Shown one piece after another: positions 40,701 to 54,040 of a stretch of 64,000 nt of DNA. Made by a program: the position numbers and the translations under genes. The stretch is from Auanema rhodensis. Lineage: Eukaryota > Animalia > Nematoda. Under the pieces are notes generated by a model, which made no database searches, was not told the origin of the DNA, and saw nothing but the letters and a program-made list of their open reading frames with translations. The stretch lies in NCBI GenBank assembly GCA_964057225.1, contig OZ059899.1, positions 18,662,001 through 18,726,000 of the forward strand, given 5' to 3'. How positions within the stretch are numbered: position 1 is the first letter of the stretch; each line of letters starts with the position of its first letter.

Positions 40701-42530
40701 CGCAGCTTAAAAATCCGCATCGAATGCACTAAACAACATTGAGAAACGCTTAATACAAAAATTAGTTATGATCGTTTGAAAAATGATGCATTAGTGTATG
40801 TTGAGTTTCCATGTACACTCAACATTGCTTCCAAAAACATTTTTACAAAAATTTTTCCGGAAAATTTCGAAACAATTTCGCAAAAAGTAGATGTTTTTAG
40901 ATTCCTTTTTTCAAGGCAAAGACGATGGACAATGTTATTCAACGAAAAAATTAATTCTGCAGGGTGAAAATCGAGGATATAAGTGTGAACTTATATCAGT
41001 TGATATCTCGGTGCATTTTTAAGCTAGCGCAAATCTGATAACACAGATCGACGCAGCTTAAAAAGCCGCATCGAATGCACTATACAACATTGAGAAACGC
41101 TTAATACAAAAATTAGTTATGATCGTTTGAAAAATGATGCATTAGTGTATGTTGAGTTTCCATGTACACTCAACATTGCTTCCAAAAACATTTTGACAAA
41201 AATTTTTCCGAAAAATTTCAAAATAATTTCGCAAAAAGTAGATGTTTTTAAATTCCTTTTTTCAAGGCAAAAACGATGGACAATGTTATTCAACGAAAAA
41301 ATTAATTCTCCAGGGTGAAAATCGAGGATGTAAGTGTGAACTTATATCAGTTGATATCTCGGTGCATTTTCAAGCTAGCGCAAATCTGATAACACAGATC
41401 GACGCAGCTTAAAAATCCGCATCGAATGCACTATACAACATTGAGAAACGCTTAATACAAAAATTAGTTATGATCGTTTGAAAAATGATGCATTAGTGTA
41501 TGTTGAGTTTCCATGTACACTCAACATTGCTTCCAAAAACATTTTTACAAAAATTTTTCCGGAAAATTTCGAAACAATTTCGCAAAAAGTAGATGTTTTT
41601 AGATTCCTTTTTCCAAGGCAAAGACGATGGACAATGTTATTCAACGAAAAAATTAATTCTGCAGGGTGAAAATCGAGGATATAAGTGTAAACTTATATCA
41701 GTTGATATCTCGGTGCATTTTTAAGCTAGCGCAAATCTGATAACACAGATCGACGCAGCTTAAAAAGCCGCATCGAATGCACTATACAACATTGAGAAAC
41801 GCTTAATACAAAAATTAGTTATGATCGTTTGAAAAATGATGCATTAGTGTATGTTGAGTTTCCATGTACACTCAACATTGCTTCCAAAAACATTTTGACA
41901 AAAATTTTTCCGAAAAATTTCAAAATAATTTCGCAAAAAGTAGATGTTTTTAAATTCCTTTTTTCAAGGCAAAAACGATGGACAATGTTATTCAACGAAA
42001 AAATTAATTCTCCAGGGTGAAAATCGAGGATGTAAGTGTTAACTTATATCAGTTGATATCTCGGTGCATTTTCAAGCTAGCGCAAATCTGATAACACAGA
42101 TCGACGCAGCTTAAAATCCCGCATCGAATGCACTATACAACATTGAGAAACGCTTAATACAAAAATTAGTTATGATCGTTTGAAAAATGATGCATTAGTG
42201 TATGTTGAGTTTCCATGTACACTCAACATTGCTTCCAAAAACATTTTTACAAAAATTTTTCCGAAAAATTTCGAAACAATTTCGCAAAAAGTAGATGTTT
42301 TTAGATTCCTTTTTTCAAGGCAAAGACGATGGACATTGTTATTCAACGAAAAAATTAATTCTGCAGGGTGAAAATCGAGGATATAAGTGTGAACTTATAT
42401 CAGTTGATATCTCGGTGCATTTTTAAGCTAGCGCAAATCTGATAACACAGATCGACGCAGCTTAAAAATCCGCATCGAATGCACTATACAACATTGAGAA
42501 ACGCTTAATACAAAAATTATTTATGATCGT
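26328..42530. repeat. Domain containing three copies of a multi-monomer block (spacings of 11 and 18 units)
   Basis: A rare unit (TTCGGAAC + CAACGGAA) occurs at ORF starts 28842, 32703 and 39021. TTCAGAAT units occur at 30246, 34107 and 40425. Offsets are 3861 (11x351) and 6318 (18x351). Confidence 0.88.
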
Positions 42531-45500
42531 TTGAAAAATGATGCATTAGTGTATGTTGAGTTTCCATGTACACTCAACATTGCTTCCAAAAACATTTTGA
42601 CAAAAATTTTTCCGAAAAATTTCAAAATAATTTTGCAAAAAGTAGATGTTTTTAGATTCCTTTTTTCAAGGCGAAGACGATGGACAATGTTATTCAACAA
42701 AAAAATTAATTCTGCAGGGTGAAAATCGAGGATATAAGTGTGAACTTATATCAGTTGATATCTCGGTGCATTTTTAAGCTAGCGCAAATCTGATAACACA
42801 GATCGACGCAGCTTAAAAATCTGCATCGAATGCACTATACAACATTGAGAAACGCTTAATACAAAAATTAGTTATGATCGTTTGAAAAATGATGCATTAG
42901 TGTATGTTGAGTTTCCATGTACACTCAACATTGCTTCCAAAAACATTTTGACAAAAATTTTTCCGAAAAATTTCAAAATAATTTTGCAAAAAGTAGATGT
43001 TTTTAGATTCCTTTTTTCAAGGCAAAGACGATGGACAATGTTATTCAACGAAAAAATTAATTCTCCAGGGTGAAAATCGAGGATGTAAGTGTGAAGTTAT
43101 ATCAGTTGATATCTCGGTGCATTTTTAAGCTAGCGCAAATCTGATAACACAGATCGACGCAGCTTAAACATCCGCATCGAATGCACTATACAACATTGAG
43201 AAACGCTTAATACAAAAATTAGTTATGATCGTTTGAAAAATGATGCATTAGTGTATGTTGAGTTTCCATGTACACTCAACATTGCTTCCAAAAACATTTT
43301 GACAAAAATTTTTCCGAAAAATTTCAAAATAATTTTGCAAAAAGTAGATGTTTTTAGATTCCTTTTTTCAAGGCAAAGACGATGGACATTGTTATTCAAC
43401 GAAAAAATTAATTCTGCAGGGTGAAAATCGAGGATATAAGTGTGAACTTATATCAGTTGATATCTCGGTGCATTTTCAAGCTAGCGCAAATCTGATAACA
43501 CAGATCGACGCAGCTTAAAAATCCGCATCGAATGCACTATACAACATTGAGAAACGCTTAATACAAAAATTAGTTATGATCGTTTGAAAAATGATGCATT
43601 AGTGTATGTTGAGTTTCCATGTACACTCAACATTGCTTCCAAAAACATTTTGACAAAAATTTTTCCGAAAAATTTCAAAATAATTTTGCAAAAAGTAGAT
43701 GTTTTTAGATTCCTTTTTTCAAGGCAAAGACGATGGACAATGTTATTCAACGAAAAAATTAATTCTCCAGGGTGAAAATCGAGGATGTAAGTGTGAACTT
43801 ATATCAGTTGATATCTCGGTGCATTTTCAAGCTAGCGCAAATCTGATAACACAGATCGACGCAGCTTAAAAATCCGCATCGAATGCACTATACAACATTG
43901 AGAAACGCTTAATACAAAAATTAGTTATGATCGTTTGAAAAATGATGCATTAGTGTATGTTGAGTTTTCATGTACACTCAACATTGCTTCCAAAAACATT
44001 TTGACAAAAATTTTTCCGAAAAATTTCAAAATAATTTTGCAAAAAGTAGATGTTTTTAGATTCCTTTTTTCAAGGCAAAGACGATGGACAATGTTATTCA
44101 ACAAAAAAATTAATTCTGCAGGGTGAAAATCGAGGATATAAGTGTGAACTTATATCAGTTGATATCTCGGTGCATTTTTAAGCTAGCGCAAATCTGATAA
44201 CACAGATCGACGCAGCTTAAAAATCCGCATCGAATGCACTATACAACATTGAGAAACGCTTAATACAAAAATTAGTTATGATCGTTTGAAAAATGATGCA
44301 TTAGTGTATGTTTAGTTTCCATGTACACTCAACATTGCTTCCAAAAACATTTTGACAAAAATTTTTCCGAAAAATTTCAAAATAATTTTGCAAAAAGTAG
44401 ATGTTTTTAGATTCCTTTTTTCAAGGCAAAGACGATGGACAATGTTATTCAACGAAAAAATTAATTCTCCAGGGTGAAAATCGAGGATGTAAGTGTGAAG
44501 TTATATCAGTTGATATCTCGGTGCATTTTTAAGCTAGCGCAAATCTGATAACACAGATCGACGCAGCTTAAACATCCGCATCGAATGCACTATACAACAT
44601 TGAGAAACGCTTAATACAAAAATTAGTTATGATCGTTTGAAAAATGATGCATTAGTGTATGTTGAGTTTCCATGTACACTCAACATTGCTTCCAAAAACA
44701 TTTTTACAAAAATTTTTCCGAAAATTTTCGAAACAATTTCGCAAAAAGTAGATGTTTTTAGATTCCTTTTTTCAAGGCAAAGACGATGGACAATGTTATT
44801 CAACGAAAAAATTAATTCTCCAGGGTGAAAATCGAGGATGTAAGTGTGAACTTATATCAGTTGATATCTCGGTGCATTTTCAAGCTAGCGCAAATCTGAT
44901 AACACAGATCGACGCAGCTTAAAAATCCGCATCGAATGCACTATACAACATTGAGAAACGCTTAATACAAAAATTAGTTATGATCGTTTGAAAAATGATG
45001 CATTAGTGTATGTTGAGTTTCCATGTACACTCAACATTGCTTCCAAAAACATTTTGACAAAAATTTTTCCGAAAAATTTCAAAATAATTTTGCAAAAAGT
45101 AGATGTTTTTAGATTCCTTTTTTCAAGGCAAAGACGATGGACAATGTTATTCAACGAAAAAATTAATTCTCCAGGGTGAAAATCGAGGATGTAAGTGTGA
45201 ACTTATATCAGTTGATATCTCGGTGCATTTTAAAGATAGCGCAAATCTGATAACACAGATCGACGCAGATTGAAAATCCGCATCGAATGCACTATACTAC
45301 ATTAAGAAACGCTTGATACAAAAATTAGTTATGATCGTTTGAAAAATGATGCATTAGTGTATGTTGAGTTTCCATGTACACTCAACATTGCTTCCAAAAA
45401 CATTTTGACAAAAATTTTTCCGAAAAATTTCAAAATAATTTTGCAAAAAGTAGATGTTTTTAGATTCCTTTTTTCAAGGCAAAGACGATGGACAATGTTA

Positions 45501-47036
45501 TTCAACGAAAAAATTAATTCTCCAGGGTGAAAATCGAGGATGTAAGTGTGAACTTATATCAGTTGATATCTCGGTGCATTTTTAAGCTAGCGCAAATCTG
45601 ATAACACAGATCGACGCAGCTTAAACATCCGCATCGAATGCACTATACAACATTGAGAAACGCTTAATACAAAAATTAGTTATGATCGTTTGAAAAATGA
45701 TGCATTAGTGTATGTTGAGTTTCCATGTACACTCAACATTGCTTACAAAAACATTTTTACAAAAATTTTTCCGAAAATTTTCGAAACAATTTCGCAAAAA
45801 GTAGATGTTTTTAGATTCCTTTTTTCAAGGCAAAGACGATGGACATTGTTATTCAACGAAAAAATTAATTCTGCAGGGTGAAAATCGAGGATATAAGTGT
45901 GAACTTATATCAGTTGATATCTCGGTGCATTTTCAAGCTAGCGCAAATCTGATAACACAGATCGACGCAGCTTAAAAATCCGCATCGAATGCACTATACA
46001 ACATTGAGAAACGCTTAATACAAAAATTAGTTATGATCGTTTGAAAAATGATGCATTAGTGTATGTTGAGTTTCCATGTACACTCAACATTGCTTCCAAA
46101 AACATTTTGACAAAAATTTTTCCGAAAAATTTCAAAATAATTTTGCAAAAAGTAGATGTTTTTAGATTCCTTTTTTCAAGGCAAAGACGATGGACAATGT
46201 TATTCAACGAAAAAATTAATTCTCCAGGGTGAAAATCGAGGATGTAAGTGTGAACTTATATCAGTTGATATCTCGGTGCATTTTCAAGCTAGCGCAAATC
46301 TGATAACACAGATCGACGCAGCTTAAAAATCCGCATCGAATGCACTATACAACATTGAGAAACGCTTAATACAAAAATTAGTTATGATCGTTTGAAAAAT
46401 GATGCATTAGTGTATGTTGAGTTTCCATGTACACTCAACATTGCTTCCAAAAACATTTTGACAAAAATTTTTCCGAAAAATTTCAAAATAATTTTGCAAA
46501 AAGTAGATGTTTTTAGATTCCTTTTTTCAAGGCAAAGACGATGGACAATGTTATTCAACGAAAAAATTAATTCTCCAGGGTGAAAATCGAGGATGTAAGT
46601 GTGAACTTATATCAGTTGATATCTCGGTGCATTTTAAAGATAGCGCAAATCTGATAACACAGATCGACGCAGATTGAAAATCCGCATCGAATGCACTATA
46701 CTACATTAAGAAACGCTTGATACAAAAATTAGTTATGATCGTTTGAAAAATGATGCATTAGTGTATGTTGAGTTTCCATGTACACTCAACATTGCTTCCA
46801 AAAACATTTTGACAAAAATTTTTCCGAAAAATTTCAAAATAATTTTGCAAAAAGTAGATGTTTTTAGATTCCTTTTTTCAAGGCAAAGACGATGGACAAT
46901 GTTATTCAACGAAAAAATTAATTCTCCAGGGTGAAAATCGAGGATGTAAGTGTGAACTTATATCAGTTGATATCTCGGTGCATTTTTAAGCTAGCGCAAA
47001 TCTGATAACACAGATCGACGCAGCTTAAACATCCGC

Positions 47037-50000
47037 ATCGAATGCACTATACAACATTGAGAAACGCTTAATACAAAAATTAGTTATGATCGTTTGAAAA
47101 ATGATGCATTAGTGTATGTTGAGTTTCCATGTACACTCAACATTGCTTCCAAAAACATTTTGACAAAAATTTTTCCGAAAAATTTCAAAATAATTTTGCA
47201 AAAAGTAGATGTTTTTAGATTTCTTTTTTCAAGGCAAAGACGATGGACAATGTTATTCAACGAAAAAATTAATTCTCCATGGTGAAAATCGAGGATGTAA
47301 GTGTGAACTTATATCAGTTGATATCTCGGTGCATTTTAAAGATAGCGCAAATCTGATAACACAGATCGACGCAGATTGAAAATCCGCATCGAATGCACTA
47401 TACTACATTGCGAAACGCTTAATACAAAAATTAGTTATGATCGTTTGAAAAATGATGCATTAGTGTATGTTGAGTTTCCATGTACACTCAACATTGCTTC
47501 CAAAAACATTTTGACAAAAATTTTTCCGAAAAATTTCAAAATAATTTTGCAAAAAGTAGATGTTTTTAGATTTCTTTTTTCAAGGCAAAGACGATGGACA
47601 ATGTTATTCAACGAAAAAATTAATTCTCCAGGGTGAAAATCGAGGATGTAAGTGTGAACTTATATCAGTTGATATCTCGGTGCATTTTTAAGCTAGCGCA
47701 AATCTGATAACACAGATCGACGCAGCTTAAACATCCGCATCGAATGCACTATACAACATTGAGAAACGCTTAATACAAAAATTAGTTATGATCGTTTGAA
47801 AAATGATGCATTAGTGTATGTTGAGTTTCCATGTACACTCAACATTGCTTCCAAAAACATTTTTACAAAAATTTTTCCGAAAATTTTCGAAACAATTTCG
47901 CAAAAAGTAGATGTTTTTAGATTCCTTTTTTCAAGGCAAAGACGATGGACATTGTTATTCAACGAAAAAATTAATTCTGCAGGGTGAAAATCGAGGATAT
48001 AAGTGTGAACTTATATCAGTTGATATCTCGGTGCATTTTCAAGCTAGCGCAAATCTGATAACACAGATCGACGCAGCTTAAACATCCGCATCGAATGCAC
48101 TATACAACATTGAGAAACGCTTAATACAAAAATTAGTTATGATCGTTTGAAAAATGATGCATTAGTGTATGTTGAGTTTCCATGTACACTCAACATTGCT
48201 TCCAAAAACATTTTGACAAAAATTTTTCCGAAAAATTTCAAAATAATTTTGCAAAAAGTAGATGTTTTTAGATTCCTTTTTTCAAGGCAAAGACGATGGA
48301 CAATGTTATTCAACGAAAAAATTAATTCTCCAGGGTGAAAATCGAGGATGTAAGTGTGAACTTATATCAGTTGATATCTCGGTGCATTTTTAAGCTAGCG
48401 CAAATCTGATAACACAGATCGACGCAGCTTAAACATCCGCATCGAATGCACTATACAACATTGAGAAACGCTTAATACAAAAATTAGTTATGATCGTTTG
48501 AAAAATGATGCATTAGTGTATGTTGAGTTTCCATGTACACTCAACATTGCTTCCAAAAACATTTTTACAAAAATTTTTCCGAAAATTTTCGAAACAATTT
48601 CGCAAAAAGTAGATGTTTTTAGATTCCTTTTTTCAAGGCAAAGACGATGGACATTGTTATTCAACGAAAAAATTAATTCTGCAGGGTGAAAATCGAGGAT
48701 ATAAGTGTGAACTTATATCAGTTGATATCTCGGTGCATTTTCAAGCTAGCGCAAATCTGATAACACAGATCGACGCAGCTTAAAAATCCGCATCGAATGC
48801 ACTATACAACATTGAGAAACGCTTAATACAAAAAATAGTTATGATCGTTTGAAAAATGATGCATTAGTGTATGTTGAGTTTCCATGTACACTCAACATTG
48901 CTTCCAAAAACATTTTGACAAAAATTTTTCCGGAAAATTTCGAAACAATTTCGCAAAAAGTAGATGTTTTTAGATTCCTGTTTCCAAGGCAAAGACGATG
49001 GACAATGTTATTCAACGAAAAAATTAATTCTCCAGGGTGAAAATCGAGGATGCAAGTGTGAACTTATATCAGTTGATATCTCGGTGCATTTTCAAGCTAG
49101 CGCAAATCTGATAACACAGATCGACGCAGCTTAAAAATCCGCATCGAATGCACTATACAACATTGAGAAACGCTTAATACAAAAATTAGTTATGATCGTT
49201 TGAAAAATGATGCATTAGTGTATGTTGAGTTTCCATGTACACTCAACATTGCTTCCAAAAACATTTTGACAAAAATTTTTCCGAAAAATTTCAAAATAAT
49301 TTTGCAAAAAGTAGATGTTTTTAGATTCCTTTTTTCAAGGCAAAGACGATGGACAATGTTATTCAACGAAAAAATTAATTCTCCAGGGTGAAAATCGAGG
49401 ATGTAAGTGTGAACTTATATCAGTTGATATCTCGGTGCATTTTAAAGATAGCGCAAATCTGATAACACAGATCGACGCAGATTGAAAATCCGCATCGAAT
49501 GCACTATACTACATTGAGAAACGCTTAATACAAAAATTAGTTATGATCGTTTGAAAAATGATGCATTAGTGTATGTTGAGTTTCCATGTACACTCAACAT
49601 TGCTTCCAAAAACATTTTGACAAAAATTTTTCCGAAAAATTTCAAAATAATTTTGCAAAAAGTAGATGTTTTTAGATTCCTTTTTTCAAGGCAAAGACGA
49701 TGGACAATGTTATTCAACGAAAAAATTAATTCTCCAGGGTGAAAATCGAGGATGTAAGTGTGAACTTATATCAGTTGATATCTCGGTGCATTTTTAAGCT
49801 AGCGCAAATCTGATAACACAGATCGACGCAGCTTAAACATCCGCATCGAATGCACTATACAACATTGAGAAACGCTTAATACAAAAATTAGTTATGATCG
49901 TTTGAAAAATGATGCATTAGTGTATGTTGAGTTTCCATGTACACTCAACATTGCTTCCAAAAACATTTTTACAAAAATTTTTCCGAAAATTTTCGAAACA

Positions 50001-51248
50001 ATTTCGCAAAAAGTAGATGTTTTTAGATTCCTTTTTTCAAGGCAAAGACGATGGACATTGTTATTCAACGAAAAAATTAATTCTGCAGGGTGAAAATCGA
50101 GGATATAAGTGTGAACTTATATCAGTTGATATCTCGGTGCATTTTCAAGCTAGCGCAAATCTGATAACACAGATCGACGCAGCTTAAAAATCCGCATCGA
50201 ATGCACTATACAACATTGAGAAACGCTTAATACAAAAATTAGTTATGATCGTTTGAAAAATGATGCATTAGTGTATGTTGAGTTTCCATGTACACTCAAC
50301 ATTGCTTCCAAAAACATTTTGACAAAAATTTTTCCGAAAAATTTCAAAATAATTTTGCAAAAAGTAGATGTTTTTAGATTCCTTTTTTCAAGGCAAAGAC
50401 GATGGACAATGTTATTCAACGAAAAAATTAATTCTCCAGGGTGAAAATCGAGGATGTAAGTGTGAACTTATATCAGTTGATATCTCGGTGCATTTTTAAG
50501 CTAGCGCAAATCTGATAACACAGATCGACGCAGCTTAAACATCCGCATCGAATGCACTATACAACATTGAGAAACGCTTAATACAAAAATTAGTTATGAT
50601 CGTTTGAAAAATGATGCATTAGTGTATGTTGAGTTTCCATGTACACTCAACATTGCTTCCAAAAACATTTTTACAAAAATTTTTCCGAAAATTTTCGAAA
50701 CAATTTCGCAAAAAGTAGATGTTTTTAGATTCCTTTTTTCAAGGCAAAGACGATGGACATTGTTATTCAACGAAAAAATTAATTCTGCAGGGTGAAAATC
50801 GAGGATATAAGTGTGAACTTATATCAGTTGATATCTCGGTGCATTTTCAAGCTAGCGCAAATCTGATAACACAGATCGACGCAGCTTAAAAATCCGCATC
50901 GAATGCACTATACAACATTGAGAAACGCTTAATACAAAAATTAGTTATGATCGTTTGAAAAATGATGCATTAGTGTATGTTGAGTTTCCATGTACACTCA
51001 ACATTGCTTCCAAAAACATTTTGACAAAAATTTTTCCGGAAAATTTCGAAACAATTTCGCAAAAAGTAGATGTTTTTAGATTCCTTTTTCCAAGGCAAAG
51101 ACGATGGACAATGTTATTCAACGAAAAAATTAATTCTCCAGGGTGAAAATCGAGGATGCAAGTGTGAACTTATATCAGTTGATATCTCGGTGCATTTTCA
51201 AGCTAGCGCAAATCTGATAACACAGATCGACGCAGCTTAAAAATCCGC
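47037..51248. repeat. Higher-order repeat: imperfect 6-monomer unit (2106 bp) x2
   Basis: Units at ORF starts 47094-48849 parallel those at 49200-50955: TAAAGATAG variant, alternating GAAAATTTTCG units, terminal CCAAGG/GATGCAAG unit. Confidence 0.7.
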
Positions 51249-54040
51249 ATCGAATGCACTATACAACATTGAGAAACGCTTAATACAAAAATTAGTTATG
51301 ATCGTTTGAAAAATGATGCATTAGTGTATGTTGAGTTTCCATGTACACTCAACATTGCTTCCAAAAACATTTTTACAAAAATTTTTCCGGAAAATTTCGA
51401 AACAATTTTGCAAAAAGTAGATGTTTTTAGATTCCTTTTTCCAAGGCAAAGACGATGGACAATGTTATTCAACGAAAAAATTAATTCTGCAGGGTGAAAA
51501 TCGAGGATATAAGTGTGAACTTATATCAGTTGATATCTCGGTGCATTTTTAAGCTAGCGCAAATCTGATAACACAGATCGACGCAGCTTAAAAATCCGCA
51601 TCGAATGCACTATACAACATTGAGAAACGCTTAATACAAAAATTAGTTATGATCGTTTGAAAAATGATGCATTAGTGTATGTTGAGTTTCCATGTACACT
51701 CAACATTGCTTCCAAAAACATTTTGACAAAAATTTTTCCGGAAAATTTCGAAACAATTTCGCAAAAAGTAGATGTTTTTAGATTCCTTTTTCCAAGGCAA
51801 AGACGATGGACAATGTTATTCAACGAAAAAATTAATTCTGCAGGGTGAAAATCGAGGATATAAGTGTGAACTTATATCAGTTGATATCTCGGTGCATTTT
51901 TAAGCTAGCGCAAATCTGATAACACAGATCGACGCAGCTTAAAAATCCGCATCGAATGCACTATACAACATTGAGAAACGCTTAATACAAAAATTAGTTA
52001 TGATCGTTTGAAAAATGATGCATTAGTGTATGTTGAGTTTCCATGTACACTCAACATTGCTTCCAAAAACATTTTGACAAAAATTTTTCCGAAAAATTTC
52101 AAAATAATTTTGCAAAAAGTAGATGTTTTTAGATTCCTTTTTTCAAGGCAAAGACGATGGACAATGTTATTCAACGAAAAAATTAATTCTCCAGGGTGAA
52201 AATCGAGGATGTAAGTGTGAACTTATATCAGTTGATATCTCGGTGCATTTTTAAGCTAGCGCAAATCTGATAACACAGATCGACGCAGCGTAAAAATCCG
52301 CATCGAATGCACTATACAACATTGAGAAACGCTTAATACAAAAATTAGTTATGATCGTTTGAAAAATGATGCATTAGTGTATGTTGAGTTTCCATGTACA
52401 CTCAACATTGCTTCCAAAAACATTTTGACAAAAATTTTTCCGGAAAATTTCGAAACAATTTCGCAAAAAGTAGATGTTTTTAGATTCCTTTTTCCAAGGC
52501 AAAGACGATGGACAATGTTATTCAACGAAAAAATTAATTCTCCAGGGTGAAAATCGAGGATGCAAGTGTGAACTTATATCAGTTGATATCTCGGTGCATT
52601 TTCAAGCTAGCGCAAATCTGATAACACAGATCGACGCAGCTTAAAAATCCGCATCGAATGCACTATACAACATTGAGAAACGCTTAATACAAAAATTAGT
52701 TATGATCGTTTGAAAAATGATGCATTAGTGTATGTTGAGTTTCCATGTACACTCAACATTGCTTCCAAAAACATTTTTACAAAAATTTTTCCGGAAAATT
52801 TCGAAACAATTTTGCAAAAAGTAGATGTTTTTAGATTCCTTTTTCCAAGGCAAAGACGATGGACAATGTTATTCAACGAAAAAATTAATTCTGCAGGGTG
52901 AAAATCGAGGATATAAGTGTGAACTTATATCAGTTGATATCTCGGTGCATTTTTAAGCTAGCGCAAATCTGATAACACAGATCAACGCAGCTTAAAAATC
53001 CGCATCGAATGCACTATACAACATTGAGAAACGCTTAATACAAAAATTAGTTATGATCGTTTGAAAAATGATGCATTAGTGTATGTTGAGTTTCCATGTA
53101 CACTCAACATTGCTTCCAAAAACATTTTGACAAAAATTTTTCCGAAAAATTTCAAAATAATTTTGCAAAAAGTAGATGTTTTTAGATTCCTTTTTCCAAG
53201 GCAAAGACGATGGACAATGTTATTCAACGAAAAAATTAATTCTCCAGGGTGAAAATCGAGGATGCAAGTGTGAACTTATATCAGTTGATATCTCGGTGCA
53301 TTTTCAAGCTAGCGCAAATCTGATAACACAGATCGACGCAGCTTAAAAATCCGCATCGAATGCACTATACAACATTGAGAAACGCTTAATACAAAAATTA
53401 GTTATGATCGTTTGAAAAATGATGCATTAGTGTATGTTGAGTTTCCATGTACACTCAACATTGCTTCCAAAAACATTTTGACAAAAATTTTTCCGAAAAT
53501 TTTCGAAACAATTTCGCAAAAAGTAGATGTTTTTAGATTCCTTTTTTCAAGGCAAAGACGATGGACATTGTTATTCAACGAAAAAATTAATTCTGCAGGG
53601 TGAAAATCGAGGATATAAGTGTGAACTTATATCAGTTGATATCTCGGTGCATTTTAAAGCTAGCGCAAATCTGATAACACAGATCGACGCAGCTTAAAAA
53701 TCCGCATCGAATGCACTATACAACATTGAGAAACGCTTAATACAAAAATTAGTTATGATCGTTTGAAAAATGATGCATTAGTGTATGTTGAGTTTCCATG
53801 TACACTCAACATTGCTTCCAAAAACATTTTGACAAAAATTTTTCCGAAAAATTTCAAAATAATTTTGCAAAAAGTAGATGTTTTTAGATTCCTTTTTTCA
53901 AGGCAAAGACGATGGACAATGTTATTCAACGAAAAAATTAATTCTCCAGGGTGAAAATCGAGGATATAAGTGTGAACTTATATCAGTTGATATCTCGGTG
54001 CATTTTTAAGCTAGCGCAAATCTGATAACACAGATCGACG

